Shown: positions 29,108 through 38,794 of the stretch, in pieces | How positions within the stretch are numbered: the stretch's first letter is position 1 | How the letters are laid out: each line of letters starts with the position of its first letter | Assembly: GCA_947626825.1 (NCBI GenBank) | Contig: CANQTM010000003.1 | Span: 40,692-104,691, forward strand | Direction of reading: 5' to 3' | Origin: an uncultured Bacilli bacterium | GTDB lineage: Bacteria > Bacillota_I > Bacilli_A > RFN20 > CAG-631 | Length of the DNA stretch: 64,000 nt | Translations under genes and position numbers: made by a program | The notes under the pieces: model-generated | Seen by the model: the letters and a program-made list of their open reading frames with translations, nothing else | Told to the model about the DNA's origin: nothing | The model's database searches: none

Positions 29108-29944
29108 ATGTATAATTATCACACTCACACCAAAAGATGCGGTCATGCTTCAGGAAAAGATGAAGATTATGTTTTAGCAGCAATTAAAGAAGGATATGAT
29201 GGACTAGGATTTAGTGATCATGTTATGTTACCAAACATAATTTCAGATTCTGTAAGAGGACGTTATGAACAAAAAAATGAATATTTAAATTCTATTAAAA
29301 GTTTAAAAGATAAATATCAAAACCAAATTGAAATTTATGTTGGTTTTGAGTGTGAATGGGATAAAAAATTTGAAAAATATTATCGTAGTTTATTAGATGG
29401 AAATGAAGTTGATTATTTAATTTTTGGTAATCATAGTTGCTATTTTAAAAATCATAGTGAATATGGATTAAAAATATCATCGACAACTGTATATTTAAAA
29501 CGTTATTTAAAAAAGACATTAGAAGCTTTTAAAAGTGGTTTATTTAAAATAATGGCTCATCCTGACATATATATGAGTAGTGTTCCTTGGAATAAGGGTG
29601 CCAAAAAATTAGCCTACACTATTTGTAAAGAAGCCAAAAAATATAATATTGCTTTAGAATTAAATTGTGGATGCTTTATCAACGATAAAAAAACAAATAT
29701 ATTTAATGAAGTACGTTATCGTTACCCATATCCAGAATTTTGGAAAATTGCTAAAGAAATAGGTAATACCATTATTGTTGGCATTGATGCCCATGCGCCA
29801 AGTGCTTTATATAGTGAAAAAAAGAAATTAATGGATGATTTCATTAAAGAATACAAATTAAAAGTTAGTGATAAAATTGACTTACGAAAGGAGTTAATTC
29901 ATGCCAAACGAAAAAGAAAATGCCATGATTTATCAAATAGATGA
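29108..29944 (+). CDS. HisJ-family histidinol-phosphatase-like PHP domain protein
   Basis: Begins MYNYHTHTKRCGHA, the PHP metal-binding motif. The start is at ATG 29108 after AAGGAG. The track ORF starts upstream. Confidence 0.7.
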   Translation: MYNYHTHTKRCGHASGKDEDYVLAAIKEGYDGLGFSDHVMLPNIISDSVRGRYEQKNEYLNSIKSLKDKYQNQIEIYVGFECEWDKKFEKYYRSLLDGNEVDYLIFGNHSCYFKNHSEYGLKISSTTVYLKRYLKKTLEAFKSGLFKIMAHPDIYMSSVPWNKGAKKLAYTICKEAKKYNIALELNCGCFINDKKTNIFNEVRYRYPYPEFWKIAKEIGNTIIVGIDAHAPSALYSEKKKLMDDFIKEYKLKVSDKIDLRKELIHAKRKRKCHDLSNR

Positions 29945-31061
29945 GAATCTATTTGAAGTTTTTTGGGATACTTATAAAGATAAACTTAATTTGAATAAAG
30001 ATTTTATCAAAAAAGTATTTTTAGCAGTTGATTTAAAATATAAAAACATCATTGCTGAAGCAACTGTATCAGACGCTTTATTAAAAAATGTTAGCGTTTA
30101 TGATATGGTTAACTACATTTGTGCTGAACATTATTTTCATTTAGCAATGATTAAAGCAGAATTAAAAAGTTCATTAGAAAATGATGAAAATTATTTTAAA
30201 CAACTTGTTAATATTTGCTTTGATAAATTAATTATTAATGAATTTGGCAATGTCAATTCCAAAGCAGTCATTTCAAAATATAGTGTAGAGACATCTATAT
30301 TAGAAATGTTTGTCAATAAACTTTTTGTATTACTTGGCAGTTTAAAATTAGATGCCAATTCATCAAAGCAAAAACTACAAGCTGATATTTATGCAAAATG
30401 TTTTATGTTAATAAAGTCAACATTGGATCAATTATGTGAAGGCCTAGAAACAGAAGCCATGAGTTCCTGGAGAACTTTCCATGAACTTTTATGTGTTTTA
30501 AGAGTCATTACGAAAGGTGATGAAAAAGTAGCTCAAGCCTATTTTAGACACCTAAATTATGGTTCTTATAATCGTGGAGAAATCAAAGATGAAAACGAAG
30601 TTGCTAAAATAACTAAGCAAATGGAAGAAGATATGCAAATTTTAGAAGTTAAAAAAGCAAACAAAGAAAAATTTATTAATTATGGTTGGATTCATTGGGC
30701 TTTTAAACGTTATAATGATGAAGAAGTAAAAATGAATTTTTTAGGTGGTCTTCAAAAAGTCGCTGATTTAACTGAATATAAAAAATTTTATGAAATTGCT
30801 AGTGATGTTACCCATTCAACACCATTACTTGTTTATGCTAACAAAATGAATTTAACAACTACAACTTTAAAAATTACATATGAACAATTTTTCCTTATAG
30901 AAACAATGTTTGTTAATTGGTGTCTTAATGATTTAAATCTTGATGCTAATAAATATCAACCTTTAAAAGATTATTTAATATTTAAAAAGATATACAAAGG
31001 GAAAATAGAAATAATTTATCAAAATATTAATGCTAAATATAATGCATTCAATAATAATTAA
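29901..31061 (+). CDS. Hypothetical protein
   Basis: 386-aa ORF with an AAGGAG RBS. No recognisable family. It overlaps the preceding gene by 44 nt. Confidence 0.45.
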   Translation: MPNEKENAMIYQIDENLFEVFWDTYKDKLNLNKDFIKKVFLAVDLKYKNIIAEATVSDALLKNVSVYDMVNYICAEHYFHLAMIKAELKSSLENDENYFKQLVNICFDKLIINEFGNVNSKAVISKYSVETSILEMFVNKLFVLLGSLKLDANSSKQKLQADIYAKCFMLIKSTLDQLCEGLETEAMSSWRTFHELLCVLRVITKGDEKVAQAYFRHLNYGSYNRGEIKDENEVAKITKQMEEDMQILEVKKANKEKFINYGWIHWAFKRYNDEEVKMNFLGGLQKVADLTEYKKFYEIASDVTHSTPLLVYANKMNLTTTTLKITYEQFFLIETMFVNWCLNDLNLDANKYQPLKDYLIFKKIYKGKIEIIYQNINAKYNAFNNN

Positions 31062-31143
31062 AATAATGTTATAGAATAAATTATTTATTATCATTATTTT
31101 ATGTTCTAAATCATATTTATTTAATATCGAAGGATAGATAAAT

Positions 31144-32406
31144 ATGAGTAGAGCATATGAAATAGTTGGTCAACCAAATATAAATGGAAAAATAAAAGTG
31201 CAAGGTTCAAAAAATTCTGCACTTGCAATAATTGTGGCATCTTTATTAACTAAAGATGTCATTTGTTTAGAAAACGTTCCAAACATTGCTGATGTTTTAG
31301 AATTATTAAAAATTATCAAAAAATTAAATTGTCCAGTATCGTTTTTAAAAAACAATTTAATAATTGATGCTTCTAATATTACTTATCAGTCATTATTGTT
31401 TCCTGAAATCAAAAGTTTTCGAGCTTCATATTATTTTGTTGGAGCTTTTTTAACATTATTTAATAAAGTTGAAATTTTCCTTCCAGGAGGATGTAAAATT
31501 GGTAAAAGACCAATTGATCAACACATAAAAGGTTTAACATCTTTAAATGTCAATTTATGTTTAACAAATGACATCTTAAGGGCAAATTCTTTAGATATCA
31601 TAGGAAATGAAATAAAATTAGATATTGCATCTGTAGGTGCTACAGTTAATTTAATTTTGACCTCACTTAATGCTAATGACAAAACAATTATTAAAAATGC
31701 TGCAAAAGAACCAGAAATTATTGATCTAGTGAATTTTCTAAAACAAATTGGCGCTAATATTATTGGTGAAGGAACAAATACAATAATAATTTATCCAATT
31801 AAAAAATTCCACAAAGCAAATTATAAAATAATGCCAGATAGAATCGCTACAGGAACATATTTATTATATGGTGCTTTATTTGCTAAAAAATTAACCTTAA
31901 CAAATATCAATACAATGGATAATTATGCCCTTATCAATGCCCTAATTTCTTTAGGTGCAGAAATGAATATTAGAAAAAATAGTATTACAATTTACAAATT
32001 AAATAATTTTGATAAATTGCAAATTAAAACTGATGTTTATCCTGCATTCCCTAGTGATTTGCAACAAATTATGTCAACATTTTTATTTTCAGGTCAAGGC
32101 ATTAGTTTAATTGAAGAAACTTTATTTGAAAATCGTTTTACTTTTTTAGAAGAAATTTCTAAAATGAATGGTAAATTTTTAATCATAGATAATAAAGCCT
32201 TAATCATACCTTCAAAATTCAAAAGTGGTGTAGTTTCTTGTAATGATTTACGTGGTGGAGCTGCTTTACTTTTAGCTTGTTTAATGGCAAGTGGTACAAG
32301 TATATTAAAAAATGTTGAATATATAGAAAGAGGTTATGAAAATATTATTGAAGTTTTACAAAATATAAATGTTAATATTAAGGAAATTGAACTTCATGAA
32401 GCATAA
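31144..32406 (+). CDS. murA: UDP-N-acetylglucosamine 1-carboxyvinyltransferase
   Basis: 420 aa, EPSP synthase/MurA fold. The N-terminus (QGSKNSALAIIVASLL) and the active-site region with CKIGKRPIDQH are present. Confidence 0.85.
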   Translation: MSRAYEIVGQPNINGKIKVQGSKNSALAIIVASLLTKDVICLENVPNIADVLELLKIIKKLNCPVSFLKNNLIIDASNITYQSLLFPEIKSFRASYYFVGAFLTLFNKVEIFLPGGCKIGKRPIDQHIKGLTSLNVNLCLTNDILRANSLDIIGNEIKLDIASVGATVNLILTSLNANDKTIIKNAAKEPEIIDLVNFLKQIGANIIGEGTNTIIIYPIKKFHKANYKIMPDRIATGTYLLYGALFAKKLTLTNINTMDNYALINALISLGAEMNIRKNSITIYKLNNFDKLQIKTDVYPAFPSDLQQIMSTFLFSGQGISLIEETLFENRFTFLEEISKMNGKFLIIDNKALIIPSKFKSGVVSCNDLRGGAALLLACLMASGTSILKNVEYIERGYENIIEVLQNINVNIKEIELHEA

Positions 32407-32980
32407 AAAAATATTAATTATTTGTTCAATAATATTATCAATAACAATTATTTTATTATCAATAGGTCTTTTTAATACTAAAAAGAATACTAAAAATTTT
32501 GGATTATTACTAGGAAATGGTAGTGAATATATAAATTTTAATAGTCCATATGATGATAGTTTTGCGTATGATTATAATACTTCTGATTTTCTTTATAAAA
32601 TGTTAGAAATGGATGCTTCTAAAAAAAATAATAACGAAAATATTATTAAATTATCACAATTTATTAAAAAAGCAAATTATGTTATTATTAATATTGGTAC
32701 TCATGATATTAAATCAAAAATAATTACTAATAAATATAATCAAACATTAAACTATGATTTAGAAATCTTAAATCGCTATAGTGAAGTATTAGTATCCAAT
32801 GTAACTAATATCATCTTAAAAATAAAAGAATACAATTCTAAAATAAATATTTATTTATTATCTTTAATATATCCATATAACATTTATAATGATGAAATTG
32901 CTAACTTATTTATTTCAATAAATAAATCATATGAACTATTGGCCAATAAATATCAAATCAATTATTTAAAGATATCATAA
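32396..32980 (+). CDS. Membrane-anchored hypothetical protein (possibly SGNH-like)
   Basis: Begins MKHKKILIICSIILSITIILLSIG, an N-terminal TM or signal anchor. The start is at ATG 32396. It overlaps the murA end. Confidence 0.4.
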   Translation: MKHKKILIICSIILSITIILLSIGLFNTKKNTKNFGLLLGNGSEYINFNSPYDDSFAYDYNTSDFLYKMLEMDASKKNNNENIIKLSQFIKKANYVIINIGTHDIKSKIITNKYNQTLNYDLEILNRYSEVLVSNVTNIILKIKEYNSKINIYLLSLIYPYNIYNDEIANLFISINKSYELLANKYQINYLKIS

Positions 32981-33099
32981 TTTTTCAAACTAAATGCAGT
33001 TTTAATAATACTTTTATATACAAGATTATACTTTTAAAAAACGTTTATTGAATCATTTTATTATTTTAAGTATAATACTACTTGTAGGAGGTTTTTAAC

Positions 33100-33876
33100 A
33101 TGAATAATAACGATTTTTATGCTGAATATAATGATAATGAAACACAAAATAAAACCTTAACTATCAGTGAAACTAATGTTGCTTTTGCAAAATCATATTT
33201 ATGGATGTTTTTAGGATCTATTATCACTTTTATTTCAGGAATTGCTTTTTCTCACTTATTTGCTATTTTTGCTCAAAATGCTGCAGGTAGTATAACTTTT
33301 TTAGTTATATCAATTGTTTCATTTATTGTTGAATTAGTTTTATGTAATGCCATTCATAAAAATGCTTTAATCCATGCAAATTTTACTAAAGCTTTATTAG
33401 AATTGATGGGCTTTGCACTTTTAACAGGATTTACATTTTCAAGTTTATTTGTTTATTTTCAAAGTGATATATTGTATATGGTTTTTGCAACTGTTTCTGT
33501 TTATTTTCTAATTTTATCTTTATTATCATTTTTATTTAGAAAAAAGGTTTATAAAATTGCTAATTTTGCCTTTTTTGGTTTAATAGCTTTACTAATTTCA
33601 AGTGCACTAATTTCTTTATTTTCAATTTTCTTATATCCAGTAAATCAAGTATTAACTAGTGGATTATTTTTAGTAATTAACATCATAGGTTTGGTTGTAT
33701 TTACAATTTTAACCATTGTCGATGTAAATTCTATGTATCATTTAATCAATAATTCTTATAATAAAAATGCTGCTTCTGTTGCTGCAGGATTTACTCTTTA
33801 TTTAGATTTCATTAATATCTTTATTTATATTTTAAGAATTTTAATGATTTTTGGTAAAAATAGTCGTAATAATTAA
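33100..33876 (+). CDS. Multi-pass membrane protein, Bax-inhibitor-1/YccA-like (tentative)
   Basis: 258 aa with about seven hydrophobic segments and an N-terminal polar region. The family call is tentative. Confidence 0.4.
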   Translation: MNNNDFYAEYNDNETQNKTLTISETNVAFAKSYLWMFLGSIITFISGIAFSHLFAIFAQNAAGSITFLVISIVSFIVELVLCNAIHKNALIHANFTKALLELMGFALLTGFTFSSLFVYFQSDILYMVFATVSVYFLILSLLSFLFRKKVYKIANFAFFGLIALLISSALISLFSIFLYPVNQVLTSGLFLVINIIGLVVFTILTIVDVNSMYHLINNSYNKNAASVAAGFTLYLDFINIFIYILRILMIFGKNSRNN

Positions 33877-33888
33877 AAGGAAGGTTTT

Positions 33889-35526
33889 ATGTTTATGGAT
33901 AAATACGAACAATTAGCAAAACTTATATGTCCTGATGTTAATATAACTATTGCAGATTTAGAAACAAAATTCCCACCTAGAAATTTAAATGAAAATGCAA
34001 AAGTAACCCGTTTTGCACCAAGTCCTACTGGTTTTTTACATACAGGTTCTTTATTTGCATCTTTTGTGGCTTCGAAATTAGCTTATGATAGTAATGGAGT
34101 TTTTTACCTTAGAATAGAAGATACTGATACTAAAAGAGAAGTTAAAGATTCTATAAAAACTTTAGTTGAACAATTATCTTTATTTAATATTAAAATTAAT
34201 GAAGGATATGGAATTGGTGGCAATTATGGACCATATATTCAATCAGAAAGAAGTTTTATTTATAATACAGTAATTTATGATATGATTTGCAAAGGACTTG
34301 CTTATCCTTGTTTTTGTAGTCAAGATGAATTAGATAAAGTAAGAGAAATTCAAACTGCAAATAAAGAAAGACCTGGATATTATGGCAAATATGCAAAATG
34401 TCGTAATTTAACTGTTGATGAAGCAATTTCAAAAATCAAAAATGGTGAACCTTATGTTGTAAGATTTAAAAGCACTGGTAATTTTGAAAATCATATTAAT
34501 TTTCATGATCAAATTCGTGGTGATTTAAATCTTTCAGAAAATGATTTAGATATTGTAATTCGTAAATCTGATGGCTTACCAACTTACCATTTTGCTCATG
34601 TATGTGATGATCATTTTATGCATACAACAGATGTTATCAGAGGCGAAGAATGGTTGCCATCAGTACCAATTCATGTGCAATTATTTAAAGCATTAAATTT
34701 TCCTTTGCCAAATTATGCACATGTTCCTGTTATAATGAAAAATGACAATGGAAATCGTCGTAAACTTTCAAAACGTTTAGATCCAGAAGCATCTGTTTTT
34801 TATTTTGTTGAGAAAGGTTATCCAACAGAAGCTTTACTTATTTATCTATGTACAATTGCTAATTCAAATTATGAAGAATTTCGTTTAACTACTAACAATG
34901 ATAATATTGATGATTTCAAATTATCTTATGATAAATTTTCTTTAGATGGTGCCTTATTTGATTTAGAAAAAATAAATAATATTTCTAAAGATATAATTTT
35001 TAAAACACCAATTGATACATTAGTTGATAAAGTTATAAATTGGGCTAAAATGTACGATAATAAATTATTTGATTTAATTAACATTGATACTGAAATGTTT
35101 AAAAAGATTATGAATTTTGGCAAAGAAGATTTACAACCAAGAAAAGATTATTATAAATATTCTGATATTTATGAACACATAAATTATATGTATAAAGAAG
35201 AATATGATAATTTAATTTGTGAAGAAACAAATTATGACAAAAATTTAATTAGTAAAGTTTGTCAACTATTTAAAAATGATTTACTTTCTAAAGAGCCAAT
35301 CAATAAAGACACATGGTTCAATCATCAAAAAGATATTGCAAGAAATATTGGATTTGCTTATAATAAAAAAGACATGAGGGATAATAATTTTGCTTATATG
35401 TTTAGCGATTATATGGCTATTATTCGTCTTTCATTAACTAAAAGAAAAAATGCTTTTGATTTAGTTGATATTATTACAACTATTGGCATTGATGAAGTAA
35501 TTCGTCGTTTAGATTTATTTATTTAG
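33889..35526 (+). CDS. gltX: Glutamate--tRNA ligase
   Basis: 545 aa. It has the class I signature RFAPSPTGFLHTGSL and the KMSKS-type motif RKLSKR. Confidence 0.9.
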   Translation: MFMDKYEQLAKLICPDVNITIADLETKFPPRNLNENAKVTRFAPSPTGFLHTGSLFASFVASKLAYDSNGVFYLRIEDTDTKREVKDSIKTLVEQLSLFNIKINEGYGIGGNYGPYIQSERSFIYNTVIYDMICKGLAYPCFCSQDELDKVREIQTANKERPGYYGKYAKCRNLTVDEAISKIKNGEPYVVRFKSTGNFENHINFHDQIRGDLNLSENDLDIVIRKSDGLPTYHFAHVCDDHFMHTTDVIRGEEWLPSVPIHVQLFKALNFPLPNYAHVPVIMKNDNGNRRKLSKRLDPEASVFYFVEKGYPTEALLIYLCTIANSNYEEFRLTTNNDNIDDFKLSYDKFSLDGALFDLEKINNISKDIIFKTPIDTLVDKVINWAKMYDNKLFDLINIDTEMFKKIMNFGKEDLQPRKDYYKYSDIYEHINYMYKEEYDNLICEETNYDKNLISKVCQLFKNDLLSKEPINKDTWFNHQKDIARNIGFAYNKKDMRDNNFAYMFSDYMAIIRLSLTKRKNAFDLVDIITTIGIDEVIRRLDLFI

Positions 35527-35548
35527 CAAGATAATATCTTGCTTTATT
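35526..35548 (+). terminator. Rho-independent terminator after gltX
   Basis: Hairpin gcaagata-at-atcttgc followed by tttatt. Confidence 0.55.
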
Positions 35549-35625
35549 GGCCTATTGGTGAAGCGGCTTAACACATCGCCCTCTCAAGGCGACATTCACG
35601 AATTCGAATTTCGTATAGGTCACCA
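35549..35625 (+). tRNA. tRNA with anticodon CTC (reads GAG; tRNA-Glu-like), encoded CCA
   Basis: 77 nt. The acceptor stem is GGCCTAT/ATAGGTC with discriminator A and CCA. The T arm is ACGAA-TTCGAAT-TTCGT, D-loop AAGCGGCTTAA. The anticodon stem is TCGCC/GGCGA with loop CTCTCAA, which resembles tRNA-Glu. Confidence 0.7.
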
Positions 35626-35637
35626 ATTAAAAAAATG

Positions 35638-35669
35638 CTCAATATTATTTAGTAATATTGAGTTTTTTT
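35638..35669 (+). terminator. Rho-independent terminator after the tRNA
   Basis: Hairpin ctcaatatta-tttag-taatattgag followed by ttttttt. Confidence 0.6.
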
Positions 35670-35815
35670 GTAAACCCAATCAATAAATTGTATTTTTTCT
35701 AATTTATAAATTTCAATTCAACCATTAGTTTAATACTTTTTTAAAATATCAACGAATAATTGCTATGTTTTTTATTTGTTCTATGGTATAAATTAATTGA
35801 AAGAAGGAACATATT

Positions 35816-36523
35816 ATGAAAGAAATTTTAGCAAATAACATAAAAAAACTTAGAAAAGAAACTCATTTAAGTCAAGAACAATTAGCTAACATTTGCCAAG
35901 TAAGCGTTCAAGCCGTTAGCAAATGGGAATGTTGTTTATCATATCCTGATATTGAATTATTACCTATTATAGCTAAAGCCTTTAATGTTACAATTGATAG
36001 TTTATTGCTAGATAAGGTAGAAGAACATGAAACATTTTCTTGGGATGATGATGATAAAATTCGTGTTGTTCAATATCATGGTCATAAATTATTAGCAGTT
36101 GATGAAATTACTAATAAAATTAATTTAAAGATGCCATCTTTTGATAATCGCAAAGAAAAAGACAAAGTAGCTTTTAATGTTGAAATTACTGGTGGTGCCC
36201 AAATAGAAGGTGCAATTGGTGGCAACGTTAGTGTTAATGCTGGAGATGTGTCTTGTCAAAAGGTTGGTGGAAATCTTATTGTTAATGCTGGTGCTGTATG
36301 TTGTCAAAAGGTCGGTGGAAATCTTACTGTTAATGCTGGAGATATGTCTTGTCAAAAAATTGGTGGCAATGTCAATGTCACTCATGGTGATATTGAGTGT
36401 AAAGAAAATTTAAATGTTGGTGGCTCTCTTGAATGTGATAATATTAATGTAAGTGGTGATTTATATTGCAAATCAAATATCAATTGCGATAATATTACAT
36501 GTAATTCTACTAATAAAACATAA
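35816..36523 (+). CDS. XRE-family HTH regulator fused to a Cys-containing tandem-repeat (beta-solenoid-like) C-terminal domain
   Basis: 235 aa with an N-terminal HTH (LSQEQLANICQVSVQAVSKWE). The C-terminal half consists of 16-aa repeats VNAGDVSCQKVGGNLI / VNAGAVCCQKVGGNLT / VNAGDMSCQKIGGNVN and then degenerate copies. Confidence 0.6.
   Translation: MKEILANNIKKLRKETHLSQEQLANICQVSVQAVSKWECCLSYPDIELLPIIAKAFNVTIDSLLLDKVEEHETFSWDDDDKIRVVQYHGHKLLAVDEITNKINLKMPSFDNRKEKDKVAFNVEITGGAQIEGAIGGNVSVNAGDVSCQKVGGNLIVNAGAVCCQKVGGNLTVNAGDMSCQKIGGNVNVTHGDIECKENLNVGGSLECDNINVSGDLYCKSNINCDNITCNSTNKT
36209..36376 (+). repeat. Intragenic 48-nt tandem repeat (about 3.5 copies) encoding the 16-aa repeat units
   Basis: gttaatgctgg recurs at 36233, 36281 and 36329. 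The copies are about 85-90% identical. Confidence 0.8.
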
Positions 36524-36648
36524 AAAATTGATTTTAGAGGCTTATTTATTAAGCCTTTTTTATTGCTTATTTTGATAAAACTTGACATTTATAAACCTAA
36601 TATATAGAATATTAATGATGTTACAAATGTAATATCAATGGAGGAATT

Positions 36649-37200
36649 ATGGGAAAAGTTAGTGAACTTAAATGTTCTAATAAAACTGCTAATCAATTAG
36701 CTAAACAATATTTAAAAAAAGCCTTAATTTCCTTAATGAGTCAAAAAGACTTTAATCATATTAGTATTACAGAACTTGTTAAAGAAGCAAATATTTCTAG
36801 AGAAGCATACTACAATAACTATAGTAGTAAAAATGAAATTATTAAAGATATTGTTTTAGAAATTAATTTTACTATTTTAGATTCTGTAGGTCGTCCTTTT
36901 ACTAAAGATGTTTCTTTAGATTGGTATTTAGATTTATTTACTAATGTTGAAAAATATCAAGATACTTTATTAACTTTAGCAAATGCTGGTTTGCAAAATG
37001 ATTATATTCAAATAGTTAATGACTACATTTTAAGCAAAAAAGACATTAAAAATGATGAAATTGCTTGTAAAAGAATTCTTTGGAATGGTGGAATTCAAAA
37101 TCTTATTTGGCAATGGATCAAAAAGAAAACAAAATTAACTAAAGAAAAAATAGCTATGTTGTGCTATGATTTCTTTCATAAAAATCAAGTTTATATTTAA
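36649..37200 (+). CDS. TetR/AcrR family transcriptional regulator
   Basis: 183 aa with an N-terminal TetR HTH region (FNHISITELVKEANISREAYYNNY). Confidence 0.7.
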   Translation: MGKVSELKCSNKTANQLAKQYLKKALISLMSQKDFNHISITELVKEANISREAYYNNYSSKNEIIKDIVLEINFTILDSVGRPFTKDVSLDWYLDLFTNVEKYQDTLLTLANAGLQNDYIQIVNDYILSKKDIKNDEIACKRILWNGGIQNLIWQWIKKKTKLTKEKIAMLCYDFFHKNQVYI

Positions 37201-37213
37201 AGGTGGGGAAAAA

Positions 37214-38089
37214 ATGGGAAAAATAAAAATTATTACTGATTCAAATTCAGGAATCAAACAAAAAGATGTAAATGATTTAGATATATTTGTTATACCAATG
37301 CCTTTTTATATTAATGGGCAAGAATATTTTGAAGATATTTCTTTAACAACAGAAGAATTTTTTAAATTTTTAGAACAAGATGCTAATATTTCAACATCAC
37401 AACCATCAACAATGTATTTACAAGATTTATTTACTAATACATTAAAAGACTATGATGAGATAGTTTATATTCCTATGTCAAGTGGTTTATCTAGCACTTG
37501 CGAAAGTGCTAAAGTTGTGGCTAAATCATTTAATAATAAAGTTCATGTTATAGATAATCTTAGAATATCTGTCACACAAAAATCTAGTGTTTTTGAAGCA
37601 AATAGACTTAAAAATTTAGGAAAAAGTGCTTCAGAAATTGAAACATATTTAATGGAAACTAAAAATATTGCCTCAATATATATTTATCTTGATACTTTAA
37701 AATATCTTAAAAAAGGTGGCAGAATTACACCAACAGCCGCTTTACTTGCAAATCTTTTAAAAATTAAACCAATTTTATATACAAGAGGTGGAAAATTTGA
37801 AAAATTTGCTACATGTAGAACAATTTATAAAGCTAAAGATATAATGATTGAACAAATAAAAAAGGAACTAGAAGGAGAATTTAAAGAATATTATCAACAA
37901 GGTTTAATGACTTTGCATATTGCCCATACTCAAAATTATGAAGAAGCACAAAATTTTAAAAAAGAAATTAATGAAAAATTACCAAATTTAAAAGTTGGTT
38001 ATATTGATCCATTATCATTAAGTGTTTCTTGTCATATTGGTGCAGGGGCTTTAGCTTTAGCAATGGCTATTGATCATACAAATAAATAA
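37214..38089 (+). CDS. fakB: DegV family fatty-acid-binding protein (FakB-type)
   Basis: Begins MGKIKIITDSNSG. The start is at ATG 37214 after AGGTGGGG. The DegV/EDD fold pattern is present. Confidence 0.8.
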   Translation: MGKIKIITDSNSGIKQKDVNDLDIFVIPMPFYINGQEYFEDISLTTEEFFKFLEQDANISTSQPSTMYLQDLFTNTLKDYDEIVYIPMSSGLSSTCESAKVVAKSFNNKVHVIDNLRISVTQKSSVFEANRLKNLGKSASEIETYLMETKNIASIYIYLDTLKYLKKGGRITPTAALLANLLKIKPILYTRGGKFEKFATCRTIYKAKDIMIEQIKKELEGEFKEYYQQGLMTLHIAHTQNYEEAQNFKKEINEKLPNLKVGYIDPLSLSVSCHIGAGALALAMAIDHTNK

Positions 38090-38674
38090 TTATTTATTTA
38101 ATTCATAGTATTGTTTTAATATTGTAACAGATAAATTTGCCAATATTTTGGCAGTTTTATTTTCATCAAAAGTGTTGTCTAAAATCCATTTTTCAATTAA
38201 ACCAATTGTACCATTGGCAGCATATTCGAAAATTAATTCAAAGGCAGCATTTTTAATATCAAGCCATTCATACAAAAACTTTTTAATAACTAAATATAAA
38301 TTGTTAATGTATCCCCTTAAAGAATCATCATTTAAAAGCACTTGATAAAAAGCAATATTAGGCTTAATTAAATGCAAAATATTTCTAAAACCCCAATGAA
38401 TGCTAATTTCATTATAATTTTTTGTATTTAAAGTTTGAAAAAAGGTTAAAGAATTTTGAATTTGCTCATTTAAATCAAACATCATTTTTTTAATAAGATC
38501 ATCTTTAGTATCATAATGTAAATAAAATGTATTTCGATTTATTTTTGCCTTTAAAGCAATTTCGCTAACGCTTACATTTTGATAACCTTTTTCCTTGATT
38601 AATTGAATAAAGGCCCCTTGAATGGCCTTTTTTGTTTTAATAACTCTAAGATCCATTGCATTATTTCTTTTCAT
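38090..38674 (-). CDS. TetR/AcrR family transcriptional regulator
   Basis: 194 aa with a TetR N-terminal HTH (YQNVSVSEIALKAKINRNTFYLHY). Confidence 0.7.
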   Translation of the reverse strand: MKRNNAMDLRVIKTKKAIQGAFIQLIKEKGYQNVSVSEIALKAKINRNTFYLHYDTKDDLIKKMMFDLNEQIQNSLTFFQTLNTKNYNEISIHWGFRNILHLIKPNIAFYQVLLNDDSLRGYINNLYLVIKKFLYEWLDIKNAAFELIFEYAANGTIGLIEKWILDNTFDENKTAKILANLSVTILKQYYELNK

Positions 38675-38794
38675 ATTTGCACCTCATTTAATATGTAATT
38701 GATAAATAAGCGACATATGTCGCTTTATTGTTGTTTGCACAAAATATTTTATGTGTTAGAATATTTTTTGTCAAGAAAGATAGAGGAAAAATTT

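Noticed and set aside
36209-36376. Possible CRISPR array, because of regularly spaced near-identical repeats.
   Set aside because: The units are contiguous at 48 nt with no unique spacers. They are in frame within a protein-coding gene and encode a 16-aa peptide repeat.
36125-36588. Three overlapping ORFs (36125..36385 -, 36210..36413 +, 36382..36588 -) with internally repetitive translations.
   Set aside because: They are artefacts of the 48-nt tandem repeat inside the XRE-repeat gene. The repeat keeps alternative frames open.
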